Shown here: piece after piece, positions 1 through 15,290 of the stretch
Numbering within the stretch: position 1 is the stretch's first letter
Layout: each line of letters begins with the position of its first letter
Source of the DNA: Octopus vulgaris
Lineage: Eukaryota
NCBI GenBank assembly: GCA_951406725.2
Contig: OX597819.1
Coordinates: forward strand, 19,592,001 to 19,656,000
Length of the DNA: 64,000 nucleotides
Reading direction: 5' to 3'
Program-made: the position numbers and the translations under genes
Notes under the pieces: model-generated
What the model saw: the letters and a program-made list of their open reading frames with translations, nothing else
Told to the model about the DNA's origin: nothing
Databases searched by the model: none

Positions 1-861
1 TAGGTGCGCTCGTGCGTCTGTGTGCGTATATGAGAGGATGTGTTTGTCTGTGTGACTGTGATGCGTATTCTTCTATTTCTAATCACAAATGATAACATCG
101 GAAAGCTTTTCCGTAGTTTCATAAATGAGTCGCAACTGATCGCATATGGTGCGAAAATGTATTACTCGTTCCATCAATTGTAGCAATTCGTTTAACAGAT
201 TCCTCGTTTTCGTCTAAATTGACCAAAAATAATGTATTATAAGAACATTATATGAAATCCAGAACATGTCATAAAATATTGTGAAGAAAGAAAAACTAAA
301 ATCAAACAAAAAAAGAAATCATCAAAACACCTAAAACAGAAAAAAAAATCTAATTGCCGCTCTGCGTTGCCCATTTATAAGAGAAAAGGTCGTTGAATGT
401 GAATCTCGTAGCAACTTGGGTATATTACGGAGCCCGCCTACTTAGATATTAAGAGAGCGAGAAATAATCCCCTGTAATGTGTTCGGTTAGGACCAAATCA
501 CTCTGATATGCCACATAGAATCTGTCTTACCTATCAACACGCATTTTATGACATCCAATCCACATCTACAAGTATTTTATTTCTCACGAGATCTAACCAT
601 CCATCAAGAAAATCACAGTTTTCCACGTACGCATATATAAGTAATTATGTATGTATATAGGTATGAATGCGCGCGCGTATGTGTGTGTTTGTGTGTGAAT
701 ATATATGCGTATCAGTGTGTATCTATGTGTGTTATGCACAAAAACGCATACGTATGTATAATTTGTACATTTGAACACATTACAAATATGCAAAAATATG
801 TACATATATATATAAATATATACATATATATGGACACACATGTATGTATATATATACACAC

Positions 862-906
<45 letters not shown>

Positions 907-1033
907 CATACATATCTATATATATTTATATACATATATATGCAACAGTATAATTATATGTGTGTGCATATAAAAGAATATATTGATGTATGTATATACA
1001 CATGTCTACATATATAATTATTGATCTATTTGT

Positions 1034-1122
<89 letters not shown>

Positions 1123-1636
1123 TAGATATATATCCGTACGTATATTTTACTGTTAATTTTGCCTTTCACTTGTTCAGCCCGTTATCGCATTCAGAGATCT
1201 GTATGTCACTGATACGCTGTTGCTATGATATTATCCTTTTGTATCAGATATTTGGTATCCTCTCATTTAGGAAGAGTTTTATCACCTATTGCACAGTGAT
1301 ATTTTGGGCATAGAATACTTTTTACTTCGATAACAATTTCGTGTCAATTTTCACCTCAATATGATGTTACTGTACATATACGCGCAAATCAATTTAAGTT
1401 TGTACATCCAAACTTCGACACATCCACAAATACCCACATCTTTCATAGTAACATATCCAGTCGCTGTAGTGAAAGTATGTGTAAGTAGTGGTAACATGCT
1501 ATAAATAAATATAAAATAAGTTATCGATATTCATACCTCAATTCTCCTACTTACCAATATACATACACACACACACATATACACGCACACACAAAATCAC
1601 AAACACACATACACACACTCACATACACACACACAC

Positions 1637-1688
<52 letters not shown>

Positions 1689-1814
1689 TTAAAAATATTT
1701 TAAAAAATATATTTTAAAATATTTTAAAAGATATAAATTAATATTTTAAATTTGAATAATTTAAATTTTGAAATTTATATTTTTTTACATATTTTGTATA
1801 TTATATTAATTATT

Positions 1815-1884
1815 TTCACTTTTATGTTTTGGTTTATGTTTTTCACTGTTTGATTTGCCTAATAGTGGTTTTATCTCTAATTTA

Positions 1885-1890
<6 letters not shown>
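1815..1890. repeat. Dispersed AT-rich repeat beside (TA)n; inverse copy at about 42900-42970
   Basis: TTTTATGTTTTGGTTTATG..CACTGTTTGA.TTGCCTAAT.GTGGTTTTATCTCTAATTTAATTT is the reverse complement of AAATTAAATTAGAGATAAAAACCACCATTAGGCAATTCAAACAGTGA..ACATAAACCAAAACATAAAA at 42901. Confidence 0.75.
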
Positions 1891-1932
<42 letters not shown>

Positions 1933-3002
1933 CGGCAGTTACCCTGCTCGAGGCACTTGTCATCAGCGGTCCAGAATTTTATCGTCTTTGAATATCAAAA
2001 AGGTCGCACAATATGACTAATCTAAATGCAAGCATCTGGCACAATTTTTTAAATAAAACAAATTAGTAGAGTATTTCATTTGCCCACAATCATGATTAGG
2101 CACCATCTTCTACTCTCTGCTAAACATAGAAACCCCATTTGAATCGTTTAATGTTTTGACCCTTTATGTGAGCAACCATGACATGCTTTTAACGGGCAGT
2201 GTTGTGTGGAATCGAGAAAGAAAGACATATCGACCTGTCAATGTCTTGAACATTAAGCGTCACTGAAACTCCACCATTCTGCAGCTTCCTTAGAATAGCA
2301 CGTGCGCATGCAACACTATGACGCCAGCATCTCAAACATTCTGTATACATTTTTCATTTCATCGAGATGGCACTTTCTTCTGCCATCCATTTAACCCTTG
2401 ACAATAACCGAAGTTCACTGCTCCTAGATGTTTGTTTCACTACTCAGTGGGTAAGTCGCTATATGCGATGCATATGTAATGTCCCAGACACTGCAACCTG
2501 CATTCAGCAGCAACTTTTCTGAATATATTCGTAGATGCTCTTTGCAAGCAAATCAGTGTTTTGCACTCGATCATACCAGATCCATCCGAGGAATCACTCG
2601 AACATTTCAAAGACTAGATGTTTCTACTATTCACGATCCACCCTTCGTCATTCGTTGTAAATTTTCTGTAGTTAACAACAAAAAAAAAAGCACAAGACAA
2701 AGAAATGGAAAAGGTTATACCAACTGTTTAATGCGGCTCTCATGTCCATGATGTCAGCGCTTCAAATCTTTGAAAGATAACTTCCAGTCTATTTGAAATA
2801 TATTATTTAAGAATAGTGCATAAACATGTAATTCAATAGTAGACCACTTTCATTTTAGTTGTATTATTAAAGTCTAAACTGACTGTAGGTTTCTGCCACT
2901 CTCATATTTACTATTTCTATAGTTAGATATATATATATATATATATATGCGCGTCAAATTAAACTATCCATCTATCATTCTATCTATCAATCATTCTATC
3001 TG

Positions 3003-3046
<44 letters not shown>

Positions 3047-3103
3047 TAGTTATCGCCATACTAATATTGCAGTCTAAATATATCTCCTTTAGAGACTTAG
3101 TAA

Positions 3104-3164
<61 letters not shown>

Positions 3165-3369
3165 ACCGGAGTAAACACATAAATGTGATGTGAAACAAGG
3201 TGGGAAAAATAGTAATCAAATACCAGTGGTAGAGTAATATGCTTTATTCAAAAGCAGCAGAAAATTCAACAAAACATGTTTGTCTCAGTTTCACGTTCCC
3301 GTCCGACGACCGGGAACGTGAAACTCAGAGTAACCGGTTTTGTTGAATGTTCTGCTGCTTTTGAATAAA

Positions 3370-3375
<6 letters not shown>
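3165..3375. mobile_element. Short Penelope-like terminal fragment folded back on itself (inverted repeat 3237-3375) with a hammerhead-like core at the centre
   Basis: Arms ATGCTTTATTCAAAAGCAGCAGAAAATTCAACAAAAC..AGTTTCACGTTCCCG and CGGGAACGTGAAACT..GTTTTGTTGAATGTTCTGCTGCTTTTGAATAAAGTAT; centre reads CCGACGA-(A/C)CG-GGAA-CGT-GAAAC-TCAGA-GTA; flanked by (TG)n and (TA)n. Confidence 0.6.
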
Positions 3376-3412
<37 letters not shown>

Positions 3413-3546
3413 TATATATATATACATATACATATACATATATAGATAAAAATAGATAGATATATGTTTGTATATGTATATATACATACATATATACATA
3501 TATATATATATTTATGTATATATGTGTGTGTATACGTGTATGTATG

Positions 3547-3580
<34 letters not shown>

Positions 3581-4450
3581 TATATGTATGTATGTATGTA
3601 TATATGCACGTATAAACACACACACACGCACACACACACGCATATAATGCAGTTGCTAGTGTCATTGCGATAATCTGTTTGGAAATGTTCTCCCTACACT
3701 GATCTCAAATAAATGTTAACGCACGATGTCGTTCTGTATATATTCTATTCACATATATCCCTAATGAACTCACTTCTTCACTAACCGCTACAATGAACTC
3801 TATTTTTATGATCGTTCGCTCCAATATTTATATATTTATTTATTTTATCTAATTTTTCTTATCCTTGATGTTTTAATTATCTTAGATTTTATGTCTCACA
3901 AATCCGATCAATTTTTCTCGTTTCATTTGAAAACGACTAATCTTAAAATACACAAGAGGAACAAGGAGAACGAGTAAACATAATGAGAGAGAGAGAAAGG
4001 GGGTGAGAGAGCGAGAAAGGAAACTGAGGCAGATAGACAGGCAGATAAATAGATGTATCTTGAGAAAGATATGCAGGAACTCAGAGAGTGGGTGAAATAG
4101 AGAGAGGAAAGAGAAAGAGAGCAAGACAAAGAAACGGAGCGAGAGAGACAAAGAAAGAAATAATGAAACAAAGAGGGAGAAAGAAAGGGAGCGGGAGATG
4201 GGGGAGAAAGAGAAGAGGCATAAGATGGACAGATATATTGAAGATGATATCAAGCACAACACAAAACTAGATTCATCGATTTCATTTACTTTTACTTTCA
4301 GTTTTAAATTTTCTCATCCGCAGAAGCTTCATGTGAATGATAATTACAATTCTTGGATTTTATTTTTTTTTCCCCATTTCATGAGTTGACTCTTTCAACA
4401 GTACAATGCAGAACGAAGGCCTAGTCATAACTACATACATCTATACATAC

Positions 4451-4519
<69 letters not shown>

Positions 4520-4650
4520 TATACATGTCGATGTATATGCTAATTTAGTCAGTGGTTCATATATACACACATATATGAATTTCTCTCTTTCTCTCATTAT
4601 ATGTATATATGTATATATATATATGTATATATATACATATATATATATAC

Positions 4651-4681
<31 letters not shown>

Positions 4682-4699
4682 TATATAAATATATAAATA

Positions 4700-4803
<104 letters not shown>

Positions 4804-7548
4804 TACGTGTGTATGTATATCACAACGAGTATTCATGTATTTGCATGCTTCAGTGTGTGGGAGGCGTGTGTACAACTATGTGTGTACAATCTGAATTTAT
4901 GCATTCTATTTGATAAATAGTTCTCCCATTCTCCTACAAAGAATTAATTCTGCCAGTGAGTGTGCATATTTGCCGATCGAATTATCGCAGTTTCAATCTA
5001 GATTGTCCTCATTTTCCTTCGGGTTAACGAAATCGATGCAACACACTCTCAATTACAATGTCTGCGTTTTCAATTAATATGCAGAATATATTCTTCGATC
5101 ATATAAATTTGACATTCAATAGACGGGAAAATGCTCCTGATATTCCAAATATCTGTGTATACAACTACAGTCGATTCGATTGCATACAGGATTGAGTTAA
5201 TTGTAGTTAGAAACAACCTAGACTGTTTGTGTTTAAAGATTCGTAAGAGGAAGCAGAAAGGGAAAATCCAGCTGACATTTTCTTCATACTAGAGGCAGTG
5301 ATGATGTGATGAAGTTGTCCAAGGTATCTTCAACAAGAGGTCATGATCTAATAATCTCCACTACCTTCAGATGATTCTTGTAAATCTGATCCTTCAATGA
5401 AGTCGACTATACTTTAATAGGGTCAATGCATTCTACATAATTCCTTACTTTCCTTCTCTATTGATTTCCTCCGAGCAAGCATTATTGTGTCGAGCACAGG
5501 CACATATGGAAGTCCTATTTTGGAATTTACGCTCACGCTTGATCCAACTCGAAAGTATGTGATTACGAAGTGTATTTCTTTTGTAGCTTAAGCTTTTGGT
5601 AATGAGATGAGAAGAAAAATATTTTTCTAATAATTTCCTGGTGTAAAAAGAATACCGATACCTGTTAAAGAACGCCATCTCAAAATTGTCTAATTGATGT
5701 GTTTCTATGTCCAAACTGGATAGCTAAAGTTTCATGTACGTGCAATGACATTTAAGCAGAATTCATTTTTCTTTTCTTTCGTCTGTGTTCCCAAACAACA
5801 GCACATTAAATATATTTACATGTAAAAATAATTTCTCTGGTGGTAAGACGGTTTGGCATCTATTTTTAGCATACAAGGGATATCTCATATTGTTTACATT
5901 TAAATAGAAAACCCGGTCCTCGGATATTTTAAAGTATGTTGACCATTAGTTGAAATTGATATTATTGAATAATATTATTAAATGATATTATTTTCTACTC
6001 TTATTATTTAATTTTATATATCTGTGTTCTTTAGACAGTTGATTCATTGCTGAATATCATTCATTTTCAGTTATTTTCTGATTTAATGCACTACTGCCTG
6101 GGCTTTTAATTTGAGGTTAAAATGCTTTCTATTGGAAGTCTCTATATATTTGTATCATCTCACGGAGACGTGTTGTGTCCAGTTCCATTGTTGTATCAAT
6201 ACAGATTTCACTGAGGAGTCTCAGACAATTATTGAAGTGTTCCTGTTGAAACCTCAAGGGATGGAATTAAGTGCTACATCTATTACATTTCATTTGTCTA
6301 ACTCGCAAACATCTATCGTGTTAGTAAGTTGAGAATAAAGATTTAATGGTAGGACGGTGTGACGTCTATTTTTAGCATACACGGGAACCACATAGTGATC
6401 TATTGAAATATTGGTTATGTTTATATAATTTCTTCAAAAACTGATAATGATTCCGGTAGATGAGGTAGCAATTTTTTATATTCTTACAGTTATTGTACTG
6501 TCGTTTATGTACTTTCGATTTAATCCCAGGACAATTATGAGCGAAATTACCTGTGGTACATCATAAAGAGTTACCCGAAATTGTGTGTACGACCCAGAGA
6601 GATGTTCTTACGTATTACAGCTCTGCGCCTGTTAACAACCATATCGGATGCATTGAAAAGCAGTGTTTCACTTTGTGTTGTATAAATGTCAGTACTCTGA
6701 TATTGGTTACTGGTTTAAATAACATCAGTTCATTTTACATTCATGGTCGCCAATTGGTTTTGTTCTTAATTTCTATTCAGAATTTAGATATGCTTTGTTT
6801 TATTTTTCTATTTTTTTAATGGGTCAATTCCTCCGCCTGTTTATGGTGATGTATTGACATCTTGTTAAACTGGTACAACAATTAAACGGTTTTCGTTTCG
6901 GTTACGGAATGAATGCATTCTATAGTGTCTGTTGCCTAATGCCTAAATCTGTATAGTATTCCATATAAATTACCATATTATCTAATAGATAATCTCAAGA
7001 AACGTCAACAAACTATTGAAAGCGCAACTGCAAATAAACCCACGATTTTAGCCCTGTAGCATAATTGGATGCTCCACTCCTTGTATATGGAAAAAAGCTA
7101 ACTTTGTGTCGGGAATATCGAAAACACTGCTGGTAGCTTGCGTGCTAGGTATCATGGCAATGGAATTGCTAGCTTTGGCTGGCAAACGTAATCTGACACA
7201 CAATCGACGTAGCATGATTCGCGTCTCAAAGGAATATGTTCAACTCTTTAAATATAACACAATCAACTTAAGATCTTTTGCAATATACAATTCACATTCT
7301 ATGATGTATTTTCAACGGTATTCGGAATGCTAATGGTTAGCACAACAAATCCTACATGAAAAGCCTTCTTCAAACAAATAAGCCATTTCCCTTTCGTTGT
7401 TTCTTACTGCTTTGCTATTTAGCTTTCAACCTGGAATCACTTTAATGAAATTAAACATCGAACAAGCAAGGGTGTACAGGATTTTAACCAATAAATAAAG
7501 CTTGCCTTTGTAGGTAGTACAAGCGTTAATATATAACGTCATATGTAA

Positions 7549-7600
<52 letters not shown>

Positions 7601-7672
7601 TTGGATAGGAAGAAGGCAGGTTGGTAGATATATAGCTGGATAGATAGATATATTTATGTGTGTGTAATGGCA

Positions 7673-7721
<49 letters not shown>

Positions 7722-7761
7722 GTAAACTTATGTATATCAATATACATGTACATATATACGC

Positions 7762-7841
<80 letters not shown>

Positions 7842-10392
7842 ATATGTATGCATGTATGTATGTATGTATGTATATATGTATGTTTGTATGCATGCACGTA
7901 CGTTATTCACATTGCATGGGAAATGCATCTCCTTACCATATTCAAATGAAAGTAATTTGTTATTTGCTGACCTGGGTAACATAGGAAACTGATCTTCACA
8001 GAGAATATTCCACACACGATTTTGTTGCTTAATTCACCGCAACCACAGGATTCGATGCTGATTGCACAATGGAGAAATTCCCTGCCATCACATCATTCGA
8101 AAGAATGATATTTTCTTTTCTTTAATCAGATCTTTTCGCAGTTGCTTAGTTTCCATATTACTCTGCATACGTTACACACAAAATAATACACATCATGTTT
8201 CATCTGTCACGATATTTCATAGCAAAACACTTTTCGTCTTCTCGTCTTCTTCCATTCTGAATCCATTTGAAGTCCAAAGCTCTTGGAGATATTAATAAAC
8301 CTTTGTGCAATTATGCTAACAACGTCTTTCTTTGAGTGAAATGTGTTTGTTATCTTTGTAGAATGAACTGCATGTATGGCGCCTTCTTATAGCAGACACC
8401 AATCTATGCAGTACAGCTGTTAATGCTGTTTTGAAATATTTCCTTTGGATCTACAGGTCACCGAATAACACTTTCCTTTTGTTTGTCGCAAAAGTATATT
8501 CAAGATTACATCATGAATATGTCTTGAAAGATTTCTGATATGGCATCGTGTGTTGAAACAAATATTTTGATATTTCGGTATGGTCGGGATGCCAAATAAA
8601 TACACGCACTATATATGTATTCGTTCTGAACGTATTTATTATTGTTCTTATTTTATTTTATGTGCATAACATGAAATACGATGGACATAAGTTAAAATAA
8701 GAACAATAATTAACGAGTGAAGGGCGAATAGGACAAATGTATAGTGCGTGTTTATTTGGCAAGGATAACGCGACCACCCCAAAATATAACGAATATATTA
8801 AAGGTGTATTTATTGAAATATTGTACAGGTTTATCAGCGTTACATCATCATTATCCTGATTATGAGGATGATCGATCAAGATCATTCCTGTCAACATGAT
8901 CATCATTAACAACGGCAACAATCACTGGACATTCCCGTTTTGACTTCTGCATTTCATAGAACCGATACCTGCTTACCATGGTATATAAATTGCCGAGATC
9001 CCGATAGCGCCCTCTACAAGACGATAGTCTATTTGCAGGTTTACTCATCCATATATGAATGGATTGTATCGATGAATTATGTTGCTCAAGAACGCAGGAA
9101 ATCAGGTCAGTCTGGGATTGAAAACCATTTTTGGCGACCATTTTTGCATCTCAAACGCCTTCACTGTAGTTATTATATCAGTAATGAACAAGCAGTGGAT
9201 GTGATGTCAATAACTGTACATTACAGAAGTGGCAGTAGATATTAACGTATATATTAATCTAGAAGATGATCCTATGGCAGTCTAGAATCATTATTGTTGG
9301 ATTAAAGAATATTATCCTTCACAAGGCACTAGACCAGTGGATCCTAATGTGGGCGGTATTGCTCCTTGGGAGCGTTGAAGAAAATCGGGGCAATAATGGG
9401 ATAGCGATTCATGTAAAACAAACAAAATAATGGGTTCGTTAGGTTACGTTTTAATTGTGAAATACAGTTGCTTTGAATTTGCTTCAGAAAAGGTGTACGT
9501 TTGTGATGGTTAGTTGGGATGGTAACACTAGGAATTGGATTAGGTGTCAATGGGGCGGCAGCCTGATAAATTTGGGAAACACTGCACTAGAGAGACCTCT
9601 CACTGGAAAATGTACAATACATTGATAAATAGTCAATAGCGACAGAATCAATATTAATACCGAAAGATAATCTTGATCTCCAACGTATCTACGAGGTTGT
9701 GTTAGAATAGAGAACACTGCTTTGTTTACCTTGAGGGGACCACTCACGAGACCCTCAGCCTACGAAAATGCATAGAAGCACTCGAAATTATATCGTGGAC
9801 AAACGAGAATCATCTGGTACCGCTGCCAGAACTGCCACTTCAGGTGATTTCACCCTGCTGTAGGTACGTCAGTGACAGATATCTAGTAGCCGTATTTACC
9901 GCCACCAGTATACAGAATCTGTAACTCTTCAGACGCTGGAGTGACAAATAGTATGTGGAGTGAGGACAAAGTAATTAATAGAAAATCTTCATCTCCATCT
10001 TCATGTGCAGGTTGCGCAAGAACAGAATATACTGCGTTATTTGCTTTGAGAGAATCTCTATTAATACCTTCATAAATGCTCTAAAAGTGCAAGTCTGGCT
10101 CGTATCTGAAATATACCTTCATTTTTCTCTCTCGCTATCTCGCACTCCGTGTCTACCGCCTTCCTCGTACACATATACGGAGATATATTTTATAGTTATA
10201 TATTTACAGTTATATATTTTGTAGGTACATGCCGTATTTTATGACATATAAAATGCACTCTTTCCCCAAACGGGTCCTATACACAAACATGGAACTACCA
10301 TGAGATTTACTATACAAAAAAATCTTTTCTCGTGAATATACGTTGCTGAACAAATCAATAGTATAAAGAAATGAAATGCCAACTAATGTGGC

Positions 10393-10417
10393 CGTGGGTT
10401 CGAATCCCACTTCTGAC
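10393..10417 (+). pseudogene. 3' fragment of a tRNA-Leu-like sequence (T-arm plus 3' acceptor strand)
   Basis: CGTGGGTTCGAATCCCACTTCTGAC: perfect GTGGG/CCCAC T-stem with TTCGAAT loop, matching the recalled 3' end of metazoan tRNA-Leu(CAA); no D-arm or anticodon arm upstream. Confidence 0.55.
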
Positions 10418-10897
10418 CCTTTAAAACGGCAACCATTCAGCAGTACCAGCATCACCATCCCACTACATCTAAATATTTCGAAAGTCCCTACAGCGACAAA
10501 ATCCCCTGATAAGCTCAGTAATTACCATTAAATTACCACAAAGAGGATGCTCTGGTAGAAGAGGATTTAAAGTTTACAGACACATTATTTACATATCGCC
10601 TGAAGAAAAACAGCTAAATTGCATGTTGCAGGGAAACAATTACATAATCAAGTGCCTGCACACCTGGAGTACTACTTTGCGCAGAAACAATTGTAGTGAT
10701 TAAAGATTAAATGTCCACTTGTACCACTTCCTTTGACTCCAGATTTTTCCATTATCTTTTCGAACACAACGGATGCTCAAACACAAAGTTGCAAGTACGT
10801 ATAATGCTACTACTGGATAGCACAAAGTGAAATCTGAAGGCGGATGAGATTTAAACTGCACTCTAGTATGTTCTTAACACAATATACCATTACTATG

Positions 10898-11130
10898 GGA
10901 GACACCATTCGGTCACGAATGACCATTGGATTACTCCTAGAAAATACCCTCCAAGGCAAAACTCCGGGCAAGGTTGTTTATAGAAGACCAGCAGCCGTCG
11001 ATACATACCAGCATCTTCTCTCCACACTACCGGTGTCATGCTCAAGAACACATGCAGCCCGATCCTGTATTCGAACTCACTACCTCACGGTCGTAAGCCC
11101 GGATCCCTAACCACTGAGCCATACACCTTC
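10898..11130 (-). mobile_element. tRNA-derived SINE (family C), internally deleted copy
   Basis: Minus strand begins GAAGGTGTATGGCTCAGTGGTTAGG (A box) then GAGTTCGAATAC (B box) then TGTGTTCTTGAGCA; the 3' part matches the copy at 19430-19720. Confidence 0.75.
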
Positions 11131-11154
11131 AATAACATAACTACAAATATATAT

Positions 11155-11232
<78 letters not shown>

Positions 11233-11945
11233 GTATTTATGTATGTATGTATATAAGCATATATATATACATACATATATATATATATATATTTATATAT
11301 TCATATTAAATACGTATGCGTGTGTGTGTATCGGGAAACTTTATTCATTGAATAAGTATAAAGTTTTCCACTATCTTCAGCCAAACGCTATTCTCAGAAC
11401 TTTAATAGAGATATTATACAGTCGCTGTCTTTGAGAATCATTATATCAGAATAGAAACTACGTTGTTGGGATTATTCAGCAGTCTACAGTTGCATTTATT
11501 GTTCGAAAAAGGCTTCTAAGACAGTTTTAGAATTTTTCCATAAATTCTGTTATGTGAAATCTATCCCATAATTCTTTAATACTAAATCTACTAAAGTCAA
11601 GATTCTTATGTTTTATTTTGTTATATAGGAAGTGTTTTTGTTTGTTTTCGTATGAATATCTTTTTTTATCTTTATTTTATTCCAAAGAAAGATCTAAAAC
11701 TTTCGGAAACAAATACACTATCGATCTACCGATGACATTCATATCGATTTTATTTCAACTTACTTACTGAATAAAGACACACAATCTTCACTCTATCTTC
11801 TCGTATAGCTTAGCAACGTAGACATATTAATCTACACACACACGCGCATACGTACGTATATACACACAAGATTCCGAAACAAATAGGCATGCAACATATA
11901 TACACATGTATATCCACATTCACATATGCCTCTAAATACATCCAT

Positions 11946-12025
<80 letters not shown>

Positions 12026-12769
12026 GCATATACATTTATATAACTATGTGTAAAATGTATATCTATGAATATGTGTAAAGGTATGAATGTATGCATGTAG
12101 GAATGGATGTATGCACGCAGATGTGTATGTGCGCGTATTTTTCCTAATATAATTCAATATCTGTTGACATCGAAACAATTCGCAGATTTTGAAACTAACT
12201 CTGCTGTTGTTGTTGTTCTTGTTGTTGTAGTTGGTATTGCTGATTCAGAGCGTTATTTTTGTTTGTATTGTTGTTCAGTATGCCTGCTTGTCATTGAATA
12301 GCTTTGAAGCATCGATCGCTGTCACAGGTAGACCTTGATACAGCTAAGCTATAATTGTCATTTGAATAGAACAGCTAATGGTCTCCATGAACGTGGATAC
12401 ATCCGTAATACGTATCTATTAAAACCATTTTAACCACATACCTACATTAACTATACTTTAAACTGATCACAGCTTTGTCACACTCAAAGAAGTCAGCTGC
12501 GCATTTCCGACATTATTTCATTGACAGTAAATTACCAATTCTATTACATAGTGTAGTAAATGTCACTTTAAGACATTTCTGCAAGAAAATTTTTTTCTTT
12601 GATTTACTCTCTATTTTATTTTGCTCTTCAGAACATTTTGCTTTGTTTTTTCTACTTTTTCTGTTTTGTTTTTAAAGAACATGGTAAAAGGTGGGAGTAG
12701 GATAAGTAATTGACTGACAATATACAAGTGATTAACTGTATACAACTACACGTACATCTAACCATAACA

Positions 12770-13330
12770 CACACGCAAGTAATGTTTAGTCAATGAGGTC
12801 GACATCCTTCACTCTATGTTCTTTAAGTATGTTTTGTTGTTATAGATTTTCTTCATGTATTGAGAGTACTTTATGTAATATACGAGCACTGCTAGGCTCT
12901 ACTATTTTCTTAATGTTATTTAGGTATGTCACATCTAGGATATTGCTTATATTCTTCAATGCATCTGGTTTTATCATATCCAAACCACCCATTGTATTGG
13001 TAGTTCCTGATTTCAATCCGTGCATTGTTGATATATGCAACTGTGCGCCTCTCATTGATTCTTTTTTTTTCTTTTACGTATATATTTGCTATAATTCATT
13101 TGGAGATATATTGTAGTTCTCTTGATTTGGTACTTTGGTAAGAAGTTATCTTTTCCCTGAGAGTCTTTGATAAGATCATGCTTCCTGTTCTTTTCTATGC
13201 CTATCGGGATTTTTTGAATTATATTTATCTGCGATCGATCTTGTACTACATCCATGTAAAAGCTCATATCGTTTGATTATTGCTGTCCATTCTTGGGTCA
13301 GTTCTCATTCTCGAAAGCTGTGAACAATAC
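12770..13330 (-). mobile_element. Degenerate 3' end of an RLE-type non-LTR retrotransposon (R4/Dong-like)
   Basis: Minus-strand peptide GGLDMIK..YLNNIKKIVEPSSARILHKVLSI resembles the family C-terminus GALGMI..NIQKIALLGTA.IL..LS seen at 43190-43507. Confidence 0.6.
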
Positions 13331-14989
13331 CTTTTACACACATCAATTCGAACATACACCTAGGAGGGCAGTAAGCATTGTGTCATTTTTGTTTCATTTA
13401 CGGGAAAAGAGAGAGGGGAAGGGCCATTTAGAACCTTCCTGTCAATGGAGTCTCTTCTTTTTGTGTATTTAGTGTCGCTGGCATGAATTCAAATCCATCA
13501 AACAACCAAATGCGGCGGCATACAGTATTAGTTTCAAGAGAGTTAAACCATTCAGTTGATCGAATGAATAAGTATGTGAGGGGAAATAGTCATCGGATAT
13601 AGTCTGCCCCCCACAATAACTGCAGCAGCTACTCGAGCTCATCTGAGTCAATGGAAATGTTTCGTATCATAGTCAGGTGTCTCAGGGAGATAAGCCTATC
13701 GCTCTTTAGTTTGTACGCTTCACTCGAGTGGATTAGGGACGACTGAATAGGTTTCCAGCTGCACAATGTCTCCATTTGCGCCCTCTTTTCAAATAGATCC
13801 ACCTCCAACTGGTTCCATGTGTCATGGCTATCTCATTGATGCTCTCTTTACTACAGGTATACTTCAGGCCTTTTGACATTGCCTTGATAGAGACACGAAT
13901 GACGATGATAGGAACTTGAAAAATCTAACTGATCGATCAAACGATCGATTTGTCAGTTGGCTAAATATTTAATCAATCAACAAACTAATTATAAAGAAAT
14001 GAAATGGAACCAGGGCGAGTTTCCATAATTGATGTAATGATCCTCATGGGATACAACAAAATGCGGAACCTCCCATAAGCATCTGGAAAACTGAATACAA
14101 AAACGAAACATTGCAGTTTTACAATATATCACTTTTACCAACCATTTGTGTTCGTTCGTAATATATTCTTCATCTGACACCATTTCTGTTCTCGATTCTA
14201 ATTATAGCCATGAGTGACAGTTGAATATCAACTTGTTTCCCAACTTCACTGAATCGCTACTTGAGAACACTGCAGCAGAAATATATTTTGCATTTACGCG
14301 TTTTCCTGATTAAATTCTGGGCATTCATTATTCTTTCATTTGTCATATTCCCTCTATAAGTAGCATTAGGAGGCTAGGTTCAATTATTGAATTAATTTCT
14401 AAAACAAGGAGCAGCCAGCTAGCAGGTGTAGGTTTAATGAAATTTACTACTTATAGCACAAATAATTTGACCTGTCTGTGAACCTACAGACTGGGGCATT
14501 CGGCATAGCATTGTCTTCCAGATATAATGTTTTCTTTCGTCCTGAATTTCACTTGCAGCTTTTAACCAGACAGAACTGATAAATAATTACCATTCTAAAA
14601 GTCTTAGGTTTTGTGCTTCCAATAGCAATCCATGAGCTGAAGTTCTTTCTGCAATTATATGAAGAGACTCGAAACAACGCGGCGGAGAATTTCTTCCGAT
14701 TTTTCATTTTAGTTTCACAAATTTGAAACATATTTTCAATTTTCCGTACATTATATAGGTATTCCTGCCTATATGTGTGATTTAGTGAGTGTTTGTGTGT
14801 ATGTGTGTGTGCGTGCGTGTTTGTGTGTGTGTGTGTTGTGTGTGTGTGAGTCTATGTAGAATGACACAATAAGAAGTTTGGTGTAGATTGCTTGATAAGT
14901 CATAGAATAAGTATTAAATTAGTTTTTATATGGCGAATGTAACTCATCTACAAGACAGAACGGCAGACATATAGATATATATATATATA

Positions 14990-14996
14990 TATATAT

Positions 14997-15042
<46 letters not shown>

Positions 15043-15135
15043 TGATAGATTGATAGATAGAGAGATATATAGTTAAATGGATGGATGGATAGATAGATAG
15101 GTAGATAGATAGATAAATAGATAGATAGATGGATG

Positions 15136-15182
<47 letters not shown>

Positions 15183-15183
15183 T

Positions 15184-15260
<77 letters not shown>

Positions 15261-15290
15261 TTAGATATGTAGGTAGATAGATAGATATAA
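14990..15290. repeat. (TAGA)n / (TGGA)n tetranucleotide microsatellite
   Basis: Direct reading of the sequence. Confidence 0.95.

Noticed and set aside
1930-1972. Minus-strand CTGATGA..GTAAC-TGCC-GTT hammerhead-like motif beside (TA)n
   Set aside because: The GAAA core is broken and stem I is absent; too degenerate to call
7106-7333. ORF resembling a secreted peptide precursor (hydrophobic N-terminus followed by GKR)
   Set aside because: Starts at GTG rather than ATG, has no recognisable peptide motif or splice support, and is compatible with chance
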